In this document: piece by piece, positions 20,537 through 31,066 of the stretch
Position numbering within the stretch: position 1 is the first letter of the stretch
Layout of the letters: each line of letters starts with the position of its first letter
From: an uncultured Acidimicrobiales bacterium
GTDB taxonomy: Bacteria > Actinomycetota > Acidimicrobiia > Acidimicrobiales > UBA10347
DNA length: 64,000 nt
Assembly (NCBI GenBank): GCA_943788915.1
Contig: CALSSD010000013.1
Coordinates: forward strand, 1 to 64,000
Reading direction: 5' to 3'
Notes under the pieces: model-generated
Database searches by the model: none
Told to the model about the DNA's origin: nothing
Seen by the model: only the letters and a program-made list of their open reading frames with translations
Program-made: the position numbers and the translations under genes

Positions 20537-21409
20537 ATGACGGAAACACCACGAGCACGAGCGACATCGTTCGAGGAACTCGGCGCACTATTCGCACGAC
20601 TTGGTGACCCAGAGCTGAGCAAACTGAGTGTTGCTGAATTCAAGCCGCGTCCGACCGACGTGATCATCACGCCTTTCGGCAAAAGCGGTACGACCTGGAC
20701 ACAACAGATTGTGCACACACTCCGTACCCGGGGTGACATGGACTTCGATGACATCTCACGGGTCGTTCCATGGATCGAGACGAGCCGTCTGCTGGGCCTC
20801 GATATCAACGCGGACCAACAATGGTTACCACGGGTCTTCAAGAGTCACCTCAGCTACGACAAGGTGCCTAAGGGTGCGACCTACATCAACGTGATTCGAA
20901 GCCCTGTCGACGCAGCGTTCTCCGCGTTTAAATTCATGGAGGGCTGGTATCTCGAACCGGGCACCGTCACCGCTGATGAGTTCGTTGGTCGCCGAGACTC
21001 TGGCTACGAGAACCACTTCGTGAGCTGGTGGCCGCATCGTAATGACGACAACGTCCTGTATCTGGTGTTTGAGCACATGAAGGACGACCTTGACGGCACC
21101 ATCGAACGGATCGCCGCATTCCTCGGTATCGACCTCGATGACGAGTTACGGGCCATCACGCTTGAGCACTCTTCCTTGCCATTTATGCAGGCGCACAAGG
21201 ATCGCTTCGACGATGCGATGATGCGGCAGCTGTCTGAAGAGTCGATCTTGCCGCTTGGCAGCGACAGCGCAAAAGTACGGGCCGGTACTGTCGGCGATCA
21301 TGGACTCAGCGCCGACACCGTCGCTGCGATCATGGCCAAGTGGCGAGAGGTTGTCTCTCCAGCGACAGGTTTTGACAACTACGAAACCTTGATCGAATCA
21401 CTCCGCTGA
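20537..21409 (+). CDS. Sulfotransferase domain protein
   Basis: RPTDVII.PFGKSGTTW, FKSHL, RSPVDAAFS (PAPS-binding motifs). Confidence 0.92.
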   Translation: MTETPRARATSFEELGALFARLGDPELSKLSVAEFKPRPTDVIITPFGKSGTTWTQQIVHTLRTRGDMDFDDISRVVPWIETSRLLGLDINADQQWLPRVFKSHLSYDKVPKGATYINVIRSPVDAAFSAFKFMEGWYLEPGTVTADEFVGRRDSGYENHFVSWWPHRNDDNVLYLVFEHMKDDLDGTIERIAAFLGIDLDDELRAITLEHSSLPFMQAHKDRFDDAMMRQLSEESILPLGSDSAKVRAGTVGDHGLSADTVAAIMAKWREVVSPATGFDNYETLIESLR

Positions 21410-21718
21410 GACAGCCCAGCTCACCCAGACGGTACCTCTCCCCCATCTGTCGGCCCGTGTACAGAGCCGGGCGCAGACAAACGAAACCGTGACCAAAGGC
21501 CCTTGGCAAAACATCCACGACCGCGCACACTGAGGCCACGCAGATCAACAGTTCCTGAGGCAAGACCACCATGACCGCAGCGCTACAAGAGTCCTCTGTT
21601 CACCGCTGCTACCTCGGTGCCTCTGGCCAACAACTGACGTGAACCACGACAAGCGTCCACCGTCTCTAGCAGCACAAGATGACTTCGTTCTAGCTGCGTC
21701 CGGTCACCCGAGACACTG

Positions 21719-23413
21719 ATGATGGGGATGATCGCTCAAGCGACGGCCCAATCGGTTGACTGGCTCGCTCTGGGCATGGGCCTCGCTGGCGGGCTTGCTC
21801 TGTTCCTGCTGGGCATGGGTCAGATCACCGTGTCCCTCAAGGTCGTCGCTGGCGATCGACTGCGGGCCGTGTTGGCTCGACTCTCATCAAACCGAATTGT
21901 CGGCGCCATCACCGGTTCGGTAACAACCGCGGTCATCCAGTCATCGTCGGTGACCACAGTGCTGACGGTGGGTTTCGTGTCAGCGAGTCTCTTGTCGGTT
22001 ACCCAGGCGGCTTCGGTCATCGTGGGAGCCAACCTGGGCACGACCGTGACCGCACAGATCATTGCCCTCGACGTGACCGAGTACGCCTTGGGACTCCTGG
22101 CTGCTGGCGCTGCGCTCGCGGCGTTCGCCGGCCGACAGCGCACGACATTGGCCGAACTCGGCACCGCAACGGTGGGACTCGGATTCGTCTTTCTCGGTCT
22201 CGACGTCATGGGCGACGCTATGGAACCGCTCGGCCGCTACCAGCCGTTCCTCGACCTGTTGGCTGAGAACAACTCCCCTCTTGTCGGTCTACTTATTGGT
22301 GCGGTGTTCACCGGCCTGGTGCAATCATCCAGCGCAACCACTGGCATCGTCATCGTTATGGGAGCGAGCGGACTGCTTGAGCTCGAGACAGGAATTGCGA
22401 TCATCCTGGGCGCAAATATCGGCACTGCTATCACCGCAGTTCTGGCGGCGATCGGCAAGTCCCGAGATGCATGGCGGGCAGCACTCGTCCACGTTCTCGT
22501 GAATACCGTTGGCGCTGCTGCCTGGATCGGTTTCATCGGATCGCTGGCCAACCTCGCGAACTGGATCGGCGGCGATGCTGGCGAGGGCCAAGCAACTCCC
22601 CAGCAGTTCGCTAACGCCCATACGGCGTTCAACGTGGTGAACACCGTGGTGTTTCTTGCCCTACTCGGGCCACTGGTCGCGATCACGAACAAGCTGGTAC
22701 CGGCTTCGGTAGGCACCAAGCCTGTAGGCGCCGCCCGCCCAGCCTTCCTCGATCAGGACGCGCTGGCTACCCCCGTCATCGCTCTCGAGGTGACACGCCG
22801 CGAGTTGTTACGTGTTGGACTGCGGGTTCGTTCCATGTTGGTCGGAGCGGTTCCGGCAGCCATGGCCGGCACTCGACGAGAATTAAGCGACATCGAACAA
22901 CGCGATGACGAAGTTGACGCCCTGCACTCCGAAGTTGTCGCCTACTTGAGGGATCTAAGCCGAAGGCAGCTCAGCAAGGCTCAGCGCTCCGAGATGCTTC
23001 GCCTGCTCCGCGTCAACAACGAACTCGAACAGATGGCCGATGTGATTGTCACTGGCGTGGTCGCACCGGGTCTTCGTCGTATCGACGAGGTCGTTACGGT
23101 AAGCCCAGCAACGAGCAGCCGTATGGTCGATCTCCAACACGTCGTACTCGGCACGCTCGACGACGCGCTCGAAGCACTCGGCACCGGTGACCCAGATGCA
23201 GCTGTTCGGGCGGCCGAGTCCAAAGCCGACTTCTATGATCTCGAACTGATGGCCACCGAACACTTAGAGAATCGCTTGACCGCCCCAGATCCTGCCCGGA
23301 TAGCGGCGTACTCGATCGAAGTGGGCATGGTTGATGGTCTCCGGCGGGCTCACCAGAGCTGCCGTCGGATCGCCAGCGCGGCGCGAGTCGAACAGCCCGA
23401 AGCAACTACGTGA
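21719..23413 (+). CDS. Na/Pi cotransporter family protein with PhoU-like C-terminus
   Basis: QSSSVTT/GANLGTT repeated as QSSSATT/GANIGTA; AHTAFN. Confidence 0.92.
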   Translation: MMGMIAQATAQSVDWLALGMGLAGGLALFLLGMGQITVSLKVVAGDRLRAVLARLSSNRIVGAITGSVTTAVIQSSSVTTVLTVGFVSASLLSVTQAASVIVGANLGTTVTAQIIALDVTEYALGLLAAGAALAAFAGRQRTTLAELGTATVGLGFVFLGLDVMGDAMEPLGRYQPFLDLLAENNSPLVGLLIGAVFTGLVQSSSATTGIVIVMGASGLLELETGIAIILGANIGTAITAVLAAIGKSRDAWRAALVHVLVNTVGAAAWIGFIGSLANLANWIGGDAGEGQATPQQFANAHTAFNVVNTVVFLALLGPLVAITNKLVPASVGTKPVGAARPAFLDQDALATPVIALEVTRRELLRVGLRVRSMLVGAVPAAMAGTRRELSDIEQRDDEVDALHSEVVAYLRDLSRRQLSKAQRSEMLRLLRVNNELEQMADVIVTGVVAPGLRRIDEVVTVSPATSSRMVDLQHVVLGTLDDALEALGTGDPDAAVRAAESKADFYDLELMATEHLENRLTAPDPARIAAYSIEVGMVDGLRRAHQSCRRIASAARVEQPEATT

Positions 23414-23424
23414 GTGTCGAATTT

Positions 23425-26145
23425 TCAGCCAGTATTTCTTAGCCCCGCTGCAACGCCGTTGATGGTGAGCAGCAGCGCTCGTTGGATTTGTGCCGCGTTG
23501 GGATGGTCAGGACCTGCTGCCCGCGATCGGGCGAGTAGCTCAACCTGCAACACATTGATGGGGTCGAGGTAGGCATCGCGCACCGACAGGGTCCGCTTGA
23601 GAATGGGCAGATCGTCCAGGAGCGCGCTGCCCGACAGTGCGTTGATTTCATGCAGCGTGCGATCGTGTTCTGCGGCGATGAGGTCGAAGAAGTGATGCAG
23701 GCGTGGATCGACGAGACGATTCACATAGTGATTGGCGATCGCCAGGTCGGTTTTGGAAAGGGTCATTTCGACGTTCGACAAGAAGCCCGCAAAGAATTTC
23801 CATCCCCCGTACATTTCCACCAGGTCTTCGCCATGGCCGGCAGAGCGAGCAGCCTCGAGTGCGGAACCAACGCCGAACCAGCCGGGAATGATCTGGCGCG
23901 ACTGGGTCCAACCAAAGACCCACGGGATCGCACGTAGGTCGGCGATGCCGCTACTGGAGCTCGCTCGGCGGGCTGGCCGCGAACCAATGTTCATGGAGCC
24001 AAGTTCGCCGACCGGAGTCGACGTCTCGAAGTATTCGACCATGCCCGGGGTTTCAAGGAATGAGCGATACGTCTCGTAGGCCCGGGTCGACATCAACTCC
24101 ATCACGTCGTTCCAGCGACCGGTTGTGGCCTCGTCATGACGGGGTCGCCGGTGGGCAACTGTTGCTTCGACCACTGCGGATAGTGCCAAGTCGAGGTTGC
24201 GGCGGGCCAGTCGAGGCAGCCCGTACTTGTCGGCGATGACTTCGCCTTGTTCGGTGATTTTGACGGCTCCTGCGACCGCTCCTGCTGGCTGACCGAGGAT
24301 TGCCTCGTTGGTTGGCCCTCCCCCGCGACCAACCGTGCCGCCTCGACCGTGAAAGACCACGATCTTGATGCCGGTTTCGCTGGATACTTCGGCGATCTGG
24401 CGCAGTGCTTTGTGGATCTCCCACTGCGACGTCGTAATACCACCATCCTTGTTGGAGTCCGAGTAACCGACCATGACCTCCTGGACGTTGCCTCGAAGTT
24501 CGACCAGCTCCCGATAGGCGGGCGTGGCGAGCAGTTCGCGGAGCACGGTGCCGATATTGCGAAGATCTTCGATCATCTCGAACAGGGGCACGAAGCCGAT
24601 TCGGGCGACCTGTCGTGGAAGATCGACCAGTCCAACGTCACGGGCGAGCACAGCTGGCGCGAGCACATCGTCGACCCCTTGGGTCATCGAGATGATGTAG
24701 CTCTCGATGATGTCATCACCTAGGTCGTCCATGGCCGAACGAATCGCTGCCATCAGCGACAACGCTCCAGACGCATGTGCCTCAACCGGTGGAGCGAGCG
24801 GCCGGCGGCTACTGAGTTCGGCGGTGAGTAGCGCAGTGCGTTCGGCCCGATCGAGGGAGGCGTAGTCGACGCCGAGTGGCTCAAACAGTTCCGCCAAGGC
24901 GTGGTGATGCCGATCGGTGTGCTCACGAATGTCGAGCGTGGCGAGATGGAAACCAACCAGTGCAACGGTGCGCTGCACCCGAGCCAATCGGCCATTGGCG
25001 AGCAGTTCGCCCCGGTTGGCCGCAAGTGAGTCGGCCATCTCACCGAGATCGGCCTGTAGCTCCGTCGACGAAGAGTACGAACGAGGACCAGGAGGTGCTT
25101 TTGCCGTTTCAAGCAGACGGTGATGGATCACCGAGCAACGTTGGCGATACGGTTCGCCCCGACTTAGCATGCTGAAGCGGGCGGATACTGTCGGAAACTC
25201 TTCGGCATCGGATGCAAGGTGCGCTGCAAGCTCGGCTGAAATGCCGGTGACCGCGGTGCTCACCGACAGCTCCGATGACAAGTCTTCGATCTCGGTGATC
25301 AACAACCTGAGCGCTCTTGCTCGTTGAAAGGCCAGAACGTCGAGAGTTGTGTCAGGTGTGACATTGGGGTTGCCATCGCGATCGCCGCCGACCCACGACC
25401 CAAATCGAACTGGCACACGATCGGGCGGCAGTGATCCGCCGATGGTCCGCAGCACGGCATCGACGTCGTCGAAAAGCTCAGGTACCCCATCCGTCACAAT
25501 CTGGTTCAAGAAGTACAGGATGGACCGGGCTTCGTCCACAGGATCAGGTTGTTCGCGGCGCAGCTCATCGGTCTGCCACATCGCGTCGATGAGTTCGTCG
25601 ATTCGACGGTCGATGCCAGCTTTCTCGCTCTGACCGAGTGTGGCCTCGCTCCGGCGCTCGATAAGCACCGCAAGTTCGGCCAACTTGTCAAGGATCGACC
25701 GGCGTGATGCTTCGGTTGGGTGAGCGGTAAACACGGGGCGGAGGTCAGCAGCGCGAGTGGCGGCGACAATCTCGGAGTTAGATACGCCGGCTGCCTGCAA
25801 CTTGGTGACCGTGTCGGCAAAACGGTTGTTCCGTGATGGCGCCAACGTGTTCAGATCCTCGACCCGGTGCACCTGCTCGGCGGTGTTGGCGAGGTGGAAG
25901 TACACCGTGAACGCACGAACCAGGTGTATTGCGTCGACGACTTCGATACCGGACAGGAAGTCGACAAGGCTCTCGGCCGACGAGTCGTCTCGCCGCAGAC
26001 CTTGGGCGATCGCACGTACTTGTTCGACCCTGTCTAAGAGGTCTTGTCCATGCTGGCGCACGAGCGCCTCGCCGAGTTGGGTACCGAGCCGACGGATATC
26101 GGTCCGTAGCGCTGCGTCGATCAGGTCGAGTTCCGGATTGCTCAC
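23425..26145 (-). CDS. ppc: Phosphoenolpyruvate carboxylase
   Basis: VFTAHPTE, GGDRDGNP, QEVMVGYSDSNKDGG, FHGRGGTVGRGG, LRAIPWVFGWTQ, LRNTG. Confidence 0.98.
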   Translation of the reverse strand: MSNPELDLIDAALRTDIRRLGTQLGEALVRQHGQDLLDRVEQVRAIAQGLRRDDSSAESLVDFLSGIEVVDAIHLVRAFTVYFHLANTAEQVHRVEDLNTLAPSRNNRFADTVTKLQAAGVSNSEIVAATRAADLRPVFTAHPTEASRRSILDKLAELAVLIERRSEATLGQSEKAGIDRRIDELIDAMWQTDELRREQPDPVDEARSILYFLNQIVTDGVPELFDDVDAVLRTIGGSLPPDRVPVRFGSWVGGDRDGNPNVTPDTTLDVLAFQRARALRLLITEIEDLSSELSVSTAVTGISAELAAHLASDAEEFPTVSARFSMLSRGEPYRQRCSVIHHRLLETAKAPPGPRSYSSSTELQADLGEMADSLAANRGELLANGRLARVQRTVALVGFHLATLDIREHTDRHHHALAELFEPLGVDYASLDRAERTALLTAELSSRRPLAPPVEAHASGALSLMAAIRSAMDDLGDDIIESYIISMTQGVDDVLAPAVLARDVGLVDLPRQVARIGFVPLFEMIEDLRNIGTVLRELLATPAYRELVELRGNVQEVMVGYSDSNKDGGITTSQWEIHKALRQIAEVSSETGIKIVVFHGRGGTVGRGGGPTNEAILGQPAGAVAGAVKITEQGEVIADKYGLPRLARRNLDLALSAVVEATVAHRRPRHDEATTGRWNDVMELMSTRAYETYRSFLETPGMVEYFETSTPVGELGSMNIGSRPARRASSSSGIADLRAIPWVFGWTQSRQIIPGWFGVGSALEAARSAGHGEDLVEMYGGWKFFAGFLSNVEMTLSKTDLAIANHYVNRLVDPRLHHFFDLIAAEHDRTLHEINALSGSALLDDLPILKRTLSVRDAYLDPINVLQVELLARSRAAGPDHPNAAQIQRALLLTINGVAAGLRNTG

Positions 26146-26209
26146 TCTTCGAACCTATCGCAGGTGCAGAGGCACCAAGCTCGGGCGAGATGGTGCGGTG
26201 TCGAAGTGC

Positions 26210-26665
26210 TTATGTGTCGTTGTCGGTGTTGTGGATGACCATGAAGCTGGTCTTGGCTCGATTGGCAACCCGGGCCGACACACTGCCACGAAGGAATCGA
26301 GTTGACTGGCCGATACCGCGGCTACCAACGATGATCAGGTCGGCGCCGACGAGGTCCGCGACATCCAGTATCGCTGCCGCAGGATGGTCCTCGACGAAGT
26401 GGCCTCGTCCTTCGACTCCACGAGCGGCCATGAGCGCTTCGGCATCATGCAGATGGCTGTGCGGCTCTGCCAACGGATCGTATGAGTCTTTGAACTCGCG
26501 TGGCAGTGCGGCCAGCACTCGGTTGATTTCGGCGGAAGAAGGCGCGTGGAAAGCAGCGACGACATGAATCACCCCGTCATCGGCTACCACATCGATCGCC
26601 GTGTCTAAGGCGTCGCGAGCATCGGCCGAGCCGTCGATTCCGACGACGATCGTTTTGACCTTCAT
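26210..26665 (-). CDS. Universal stress protein
   Basis: IVVGIDGS, ADLIIVGSRG...GSVS. Confidence 0.92.
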   Translation of the reverse strand: MKVKTIVVGIDGSADARDALDTAIDVVADDGVIHVVAAFHAPSSAEINRVLAALPREFKDSYDPLAEPHSHLHDAEALMAARGVEGRGHFVEDHPAAAILDVADLVGADLIIVGSRGIGQSTRFLRGSVSARVANRAKTSFMVIHNTDNDT

Positions 26666-26723
26666 TGCACCCTCCAAATGGGCTGACTTCGTTCATCCTG
26701 ACCGATCTGATGGTCCATCAACA

Positions 26724-26737
26724 GGGTCATAGGTCCA
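26724..26737. promoter_or_regulatory. DosR-like box upstream of the USP gene
   Basis: GGGTCATAGGTCCA about 60 bp upstream of the USP start. Confidence 0.45.
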
Positions 26738-26789
26738 CCAAGTGAGCCCCACCGCAGGTTGTACGGCTTCCCACCGATGGCATGTGACC

Positions 26790-26972
26790 ACCTGCGTCCG
26801 CAGGAAGGTGATCAAAGATGCCTAGCGGTCGCGTACATCGACACTCCTCGACCATGGGACTCCGGTTGGTAGGGCTGGCGCCTTTGAGGATGACGTCATC
26901 ACAACCCAGGTCGAACTGGCCACGGAAGGCGGCGACACACTGCCTGGTGGGTCCAGCCGCTGCAGGAGTTAG
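26790..26972 (-). pseudogene. Degenerate 3' remnant of a TIGR03857-like F420-dependent LLM oxidoreductase
   Basis: PAAAGPTRQCVAAFRGQFDLGCDDVILKGASP...RP.G.FDHLPA resembles that family's C-terminus; no N-terminal part. Confidence 0.5.
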
Positions 26973-26979
26973 CCGTTTA

Positions 26980-27420
26980 TCAGCCCCATACAGGGCGAAT
27001 GAGCCCAACGACTGATTCGGGTGAAACGATGATGACCCGGCGGCGTTCACGGACCATTGCGTCACGGAACTCGTCCCAATCCGGGTGTTCCTTCTTGGCG
27101 GCTGCACGGTAGGCACCGATCAGTATGTCCATCGCCGGACCATGTGTTTCTGTCGCGACCGGACTCACAACGGCGGTGCCGTCGAAGCTCAGATAGCTGC
27201 CCTCGTGCGACACGTGATAGACCACCCGTGGATCTCGCTCGATATTGAATACCTTGGCCCGCGTTGGTAAGACCGAGAAGACTATGGTCCCGTCGGTTAT
27301 TGCATGATGTACGTCTGATGACTGCGGACGACCATCTTTGCGGATGGTGATAATCGTGCCGCCCTGCACCTCGGCTGCGAACTCAAGACCGTCGGCGAGT
27401 TCGATTGGTTTGATTTCCAT
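26980..27420 (-). CDS. PPOX-class F420-dependent oxidoreductase (TIGR03618-like)
   Basis: TIRKDGRPQSS, RAKVFNIERDPRV, EHPDWDEFRDAMVRERR. Confidence 0.9.
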   Translation of the reverse strand: MEIKPIELADGLEFAAEVQGGTIITIRKDGRPQSSDVHHAITDGTIVFSVLPTRAKVFNIERDPRVVYHVSHEGSYLSFDGTAVVSPVATETHGPAMDILIGAYRAAAKKEHPDWDEFRDAMVRERRRVIIVSPESVVGLIRPVWG

Positions 27421-27589
27421 GGTGGCAAGCTTAGTGGCGCGGCGAAACCCGATCTTGTGTCACCGTGGCCGGCGCCTGGCCCGTTGACGACGCCATCTCT
27501 TGTTACCCATGATGGAGAGCTCTACGTGTGGCGGGTGAGATATCGAAGGCGGCCACGACGGAGCGACTGATTCGAGTATCCACAGGGAG

Positions 27590-27793
27590 ATGACCATGCG
27601 GGCTCTGGACCGAACCGAGGATCGCTCGCGGGCGCGAGCGCGTTTACGACTCGCCCGTTCGATGCGTAAAGGCGTGAGTCTTGCAGTATGGATCGGAGGG
27701 TCAGTCGCTGAGTTGGAGGCCGTATGGAAGGCCTTGATTACGGAGGATCGGACCGTGAATCCTTCGGCACACCAGGGGTGCTGGTTGGGATGA
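27590..27793 (+). pseudogene. 5' remnant of a patatin-related (DUF3376-type) gene
   Basis: LRLARSMRKGVSLAVWIGGSVAELE resembles the LRLALAMxGGVSLAVWIGGxVxE N-terminal motif; ends after 67 aa. Confidence 0.55.
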
Positions 27794-27931
27794 ACCGAAT
27801 ACCCCTGCGGTTGCGAGCCGTGATCGCTGCGGATCGCTGGGATCGCCGTACTGAGCTGCAGCTTCGCGTGGATAATGATGCACGCATGGCGGCCCGCTCT
27901 CCTAGGGCCAACATCGTGGTCACGACCTTCG

Positions 27932-28987
27932 TCACTTCGGTAGAGGTGTTCCCAAACGCTCGGTAATGACCAGACCGGCAGCGGTCACACCTCGGACGGT
28001 ATTAAGCGCGAGCGCTTCGTCGGACTTACGAGTGCCCACAGGATAGAAACACGCATATCGGTGACGAGACCAGTTCTGGACCGCGGGCACAACCTCGGTG
28101 CACTGTTGTTGTGCGTATAGACATCGTGGACTGAAGCGGCAGCCAGGAGGCAACGCCAACGGATCCGGTGGTGCACCGTCTATCGGAGTGAGCCGGGTGT
28201 GTTTTGGCTGATCCACGCGCGGTGTGGCCGCAAACAGTGCTTGGGTGTAGGGGTGCACCATGCCCGAGAAGAGTGCTTCTGCCGGGGCCATTTCCATTAC
28301 TCGTCCTCCGTACATCACCATGATGTCGTCAGTCCGGCCTCGGGCGACCCCCAAGTCATGGGTGATGAGCACGATGGACATGGCGAGTTCTGCCTGGATT
28401 TCCGCAAGCAGATCGAGGATGTACTTCTGAACGGTCACGTCGAGAGCCGTCGTCGGTTCGTCGGCAACGAGCAAGTCAGGGGCGCCCGCCAGAGCTATGG
28501 CTATCAGTACCCGTTGTCGGAGACCCCCGGAGAGTTGATGGGGAAACTGTGACAGTCGGCGAGCTGCTTCGGCCACCCCGACCATCTCGAGGAGCTCGAT
28601 CGATCGGTCTCGAACAGCGGCGCGAGCCAGGCCTAGGTGTTGGCGGAGAGGTTCTGCGATCTGGTGCCCAATCCGCATCACCGGATTCAGTGATGTCATA
28701 GGATCCTGGAAGATCATCCCGATACGTCGGCCCCACAGGTGCTGCCGGTCGGTGCCGACGAGTTCTGCACCGTCGAAGCGGACTGATCCATGTTCGACCT
28801 GGCGGCTTGTTGATGCCAGGCCCATGATCGAGCGATTCAGCACGGACTTGCCAGAGCCAGACTCGCCGACGATGCCCAGTGTCTTGCCTCGCTCGAGCTG
28901 AAACGAGACATCGTCGACAACCTGTGCAAACCCACGCTCGGTCTGAAACCCGACCGAGTAGTTCCGAACATCGAGCAACACCGTCAT
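27932..28987 (-). CDS. Oligopeptide/dipeptide ABC transporter ATP-binding subunit (OppD/DppD-like)
   Basis: GESGSGKS, FQDPMTSLNP, LSGGLRQR, DEPTTALD, HPYT, GCRF.PRC. Confidence 0.93.
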   Translation of the reverse strand: MTVLLDVRNYSVGFQTERGFAQVVDDVSFQLERGKTLGIVGESGSGKSVLNRSIMGLASTSRQVEHGSVRFDGAELVGTDRQHLWGRRIGMIFQDPMTSLNPVMRIGHQIAEPLRQHLGLARAAVRDRSIELLEMVGVAEAARRLSQFPHQLSGGLRQRVLIAIALAGAPDLLVADEPTTALDVTVQKYILDLLAEIQAELAMSIVLITHDLGVARGRTDDIMVMYGGRVMEMAPAEALFSGMVHPYTQALFAATPRVDQPKHTRLTPIDGAPPDPLALPPGCRFSPRCLYAQQQCTEVVPAVQNWSRHRYACFYPVGTRKSDEALALNTVRGVTAAGLVITERLGTPLPK

Positions 28988-29079
28988 CGCGATTCCAGGG
29001 GCGACATCACCCGGTCAGTCTCTCACGAACTACGGGAACAAGCCGCGCCTACTGATCGCCGATGTGCGAGGGTTCTGGC

Positions 29080-29349
29080 ATGAGCGGTACCACTCCCCCG
29101 ACGTCGCCGGATTCCGAACCTTGGCAATGTCGACATATTCGGTTGTCGAACCCTGCGGGGCCCGGAGCCCCCGACGTGCCTCGTTTGTTGCGGGCAGTCG
29201 CCGACCTGCTCGAGCGCATCGGCGACGATATCGAGGTCCTCGATCTCGGCTTTCGCGAAGACAATCATCGCGACGGTCCGTGGACTGCGATGAATGTCTA
29301 CTACCGCCGGGGAGCCCCCCGACGTCCCCGTCCCGAGTTTGGCGACTGA
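29080..29349 (+). CDS. Small actinobacterial hypothetical protein
   Basis: HIRLSNPAG..DVPRLLRAVAD...MNVYY; coding-like codon use. Confidence 0.65.
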   Translation: MSGTTPPTSPDSEPWQCRHIRLSNPAGPGAPDVPRLLRAVADLLERIGDDIEVLDLGFREDNHRDGPWTAMNVYYRRGAPRRPRPEFGD

Positions 29350-29370
29350 ATCTTTTCGTGTCGGCCGAGC

Positions 29371-30336
29371 TCAGTCGCGGGTCAGGACGATCTTGCCGAT
29401 ATGGCCACCGGTATCGAGTCGGGCGTGAGCGGCTTCGGCTTCGGCTAGTGGAAACGTGCTGTCGAGCACGGGCCGGATTGCACCGCTGGTCACTGCTTCC
29501 CAGAACTGCGAGGTGACGTCGTCGCGGATGGCTCGTTTCTGATCGTTCGGACGGGCTCGCAACGTGGTCGCTGTGAGCACTAGGCGCTTCATCAAGACCG
29601 GGCCGAAATTCACGGTTGCTTCGAAGCTGTCCTGATACGCGATGTTGCAGATCCGTCCGTTGAGGTTGGCAGCGTCGATGTTGCGTTGGATGTAGCTGCC
29701 GCCGACTATGTCAAGAATGACGTCGGCGCCGCCGGCACCTTGTACAACCTCGACGAAGTCCTGGGTGCGGTAGTTGATCGCGTGGTCGGCGCCCAGGTCG
29801 GCACACACGCTGGCCTTTTCGTCGCTACCAGCGGTTGTCAGGATCGTGCCGGCTCCTGCCTGTCGCGCCATCTGGATTGCCATCACTCCAATACCGCTCG
29901 TGCCACCGTGGATCAGAACTGTCTCGCCTGGCTGAAGTGCGCTTCGCATAAAGACATTCGCCCACACTGTCATCATGGCTTCGGGCAGGCACGCTGCATG
30001 GGCAAAGTCCATGCCATCGGGGACAGCAAAAACGGAGCCTGCATCAGCGACCGCGAGTTCCGCATAACCGCCACCGCCAAGAAGCGCACATACCCGATCG
30101 CCCACGGACCATTCGGTAACCGCAGATCCAATGGCGCTCACGATGCCCGCAACTTCGAGGCCCAAGATCTCGGAGGCTCCTGGAGGTGGCGGGTACAGAC
30201 CTGCACGTTGCATGAGATCCGCGCGATTGAGACCAGCAGCCTTGACATCGATGAGCACGTCGTTGTCGCCGACGGTGGGGTCAGGCATCTGGCCTAAAAC
30301 CAGCGGTGAGTCTGCATTGACGAGTATGACCTGCAT
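29371..30336 (-). CDS. NAD(P)H-quinone oxidoreductase (PIG3 family)
   Basis: NRADLMQRAGLYPPPPGAS.ILGLE, HGGTSGIG, HIGKIVL. Confidence 0.93.
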   Translation of the reverse strand: MQVILVNADSPLVLGQMPDPTVGDNDVLIDVKAAGLNRADLMQRAGLYPPPPGASEILGLEVAGIVSAIGSAVTEWSVGDRVCALLGGGGYAELAVADAGSVFAVPDGMDFAHAACLPEAMMTVWANVFMRSALQPGETVLIHGGTSGIGVMAIQMARQAGAGTILTTAGSDEKASVCADLGADHAINYRTQDFVEVVQGAGGADVILDIVGGSYIQRNIDAANLNGRICNIAYQDSFEATVNFGPVLMKRLVLTATTLRARPNDQKRAIRDDVTSQFWEAVTSGAIRPVLDSTFPLAEAEAAHARLDTGGHIGKIVLTRD

Positions 30337-30493
30337 GATTTCCTCGGGTTGTTGCTCACTGGGCGTCGCTCACGAACGAGTCGACACGGGCATGCTCCTC
30401 GACGAACGGCGCCGTTGAAGCTGGGGATGTCGAGCTTATGTCCCGTGGTCTCCCAAGACCTCACTAACCCGCCGCCCAGTCTGGGCCGACTGC

Positions 30494-30973
30494 TCAGGTC
30501 TTTGGGATTTTGCCCTGGAGAAAGGAGCCCTCGGGATCGATATGAAACCGACCTCGGAGTGCCTCGCGACCAATGAGCATGCGATAGCCCATACGATCCC
30601 GCTCGGTGAGGCTGACCTCGGCCTCAAAGCTCTTCTGGCCGATAACCAACGCAGTGCGGATCACCGGACGATATTCACCCTCGCCGGTTGAAGAACGTAC
30701 GAAACGAAAGGCAACGACCGGGTGACCAGAAACCCGTTCCTGTCCGTCTGACTGATCGGTTGTGTGCAGCGTGAATGAGACGAAAGCTTCGCCATCGGCA
30801 CGATGAGCAATCGTAATTCCAGAGGCATGGATTGCTGAGGTGGTGGCACCGGTGTCGATCTTCGCTCGCACCAGGGTGGGTGTCAACAGTGGCAGATGCG
30901 CGACCTCGCGCCATCCGACCACAGCCATAGTTGGCTCGGCGACAGGAACAAGTTGGTTGGCTGCTTCACGCAT
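30494..30973 (-). CDS. RimK-associated putative aspartic/Zn protease (PF05618-like)
   Basis: VGWRE, AKIDTGATTS, LTERDRM..RMLIGREAL. Confidence 0.88.
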   Translation of the reverse strand: MREAANQLVPVAEPTMAVVGWREVAHLPLLTPTLVRAKIDTGATTSAIHASGITIAHRADGEAFVSFTLHTTDQSDGQERVSGHPVVAFRFVRSSTGEGEYRPVIRTALVIGQKSFEAEVSLTERDRMGYRMLIGREALRGRFHIDPEGSFLQGKIPKT

Positions 30974-31066
30974 AACGGACGAAAGAATACCCGAACACCG
31001 AAACGTGATGACGTACCGCACTGTGTCATGTGTCGCTCGCTGGTTATGGCCGTCCAGCCACTGGAT

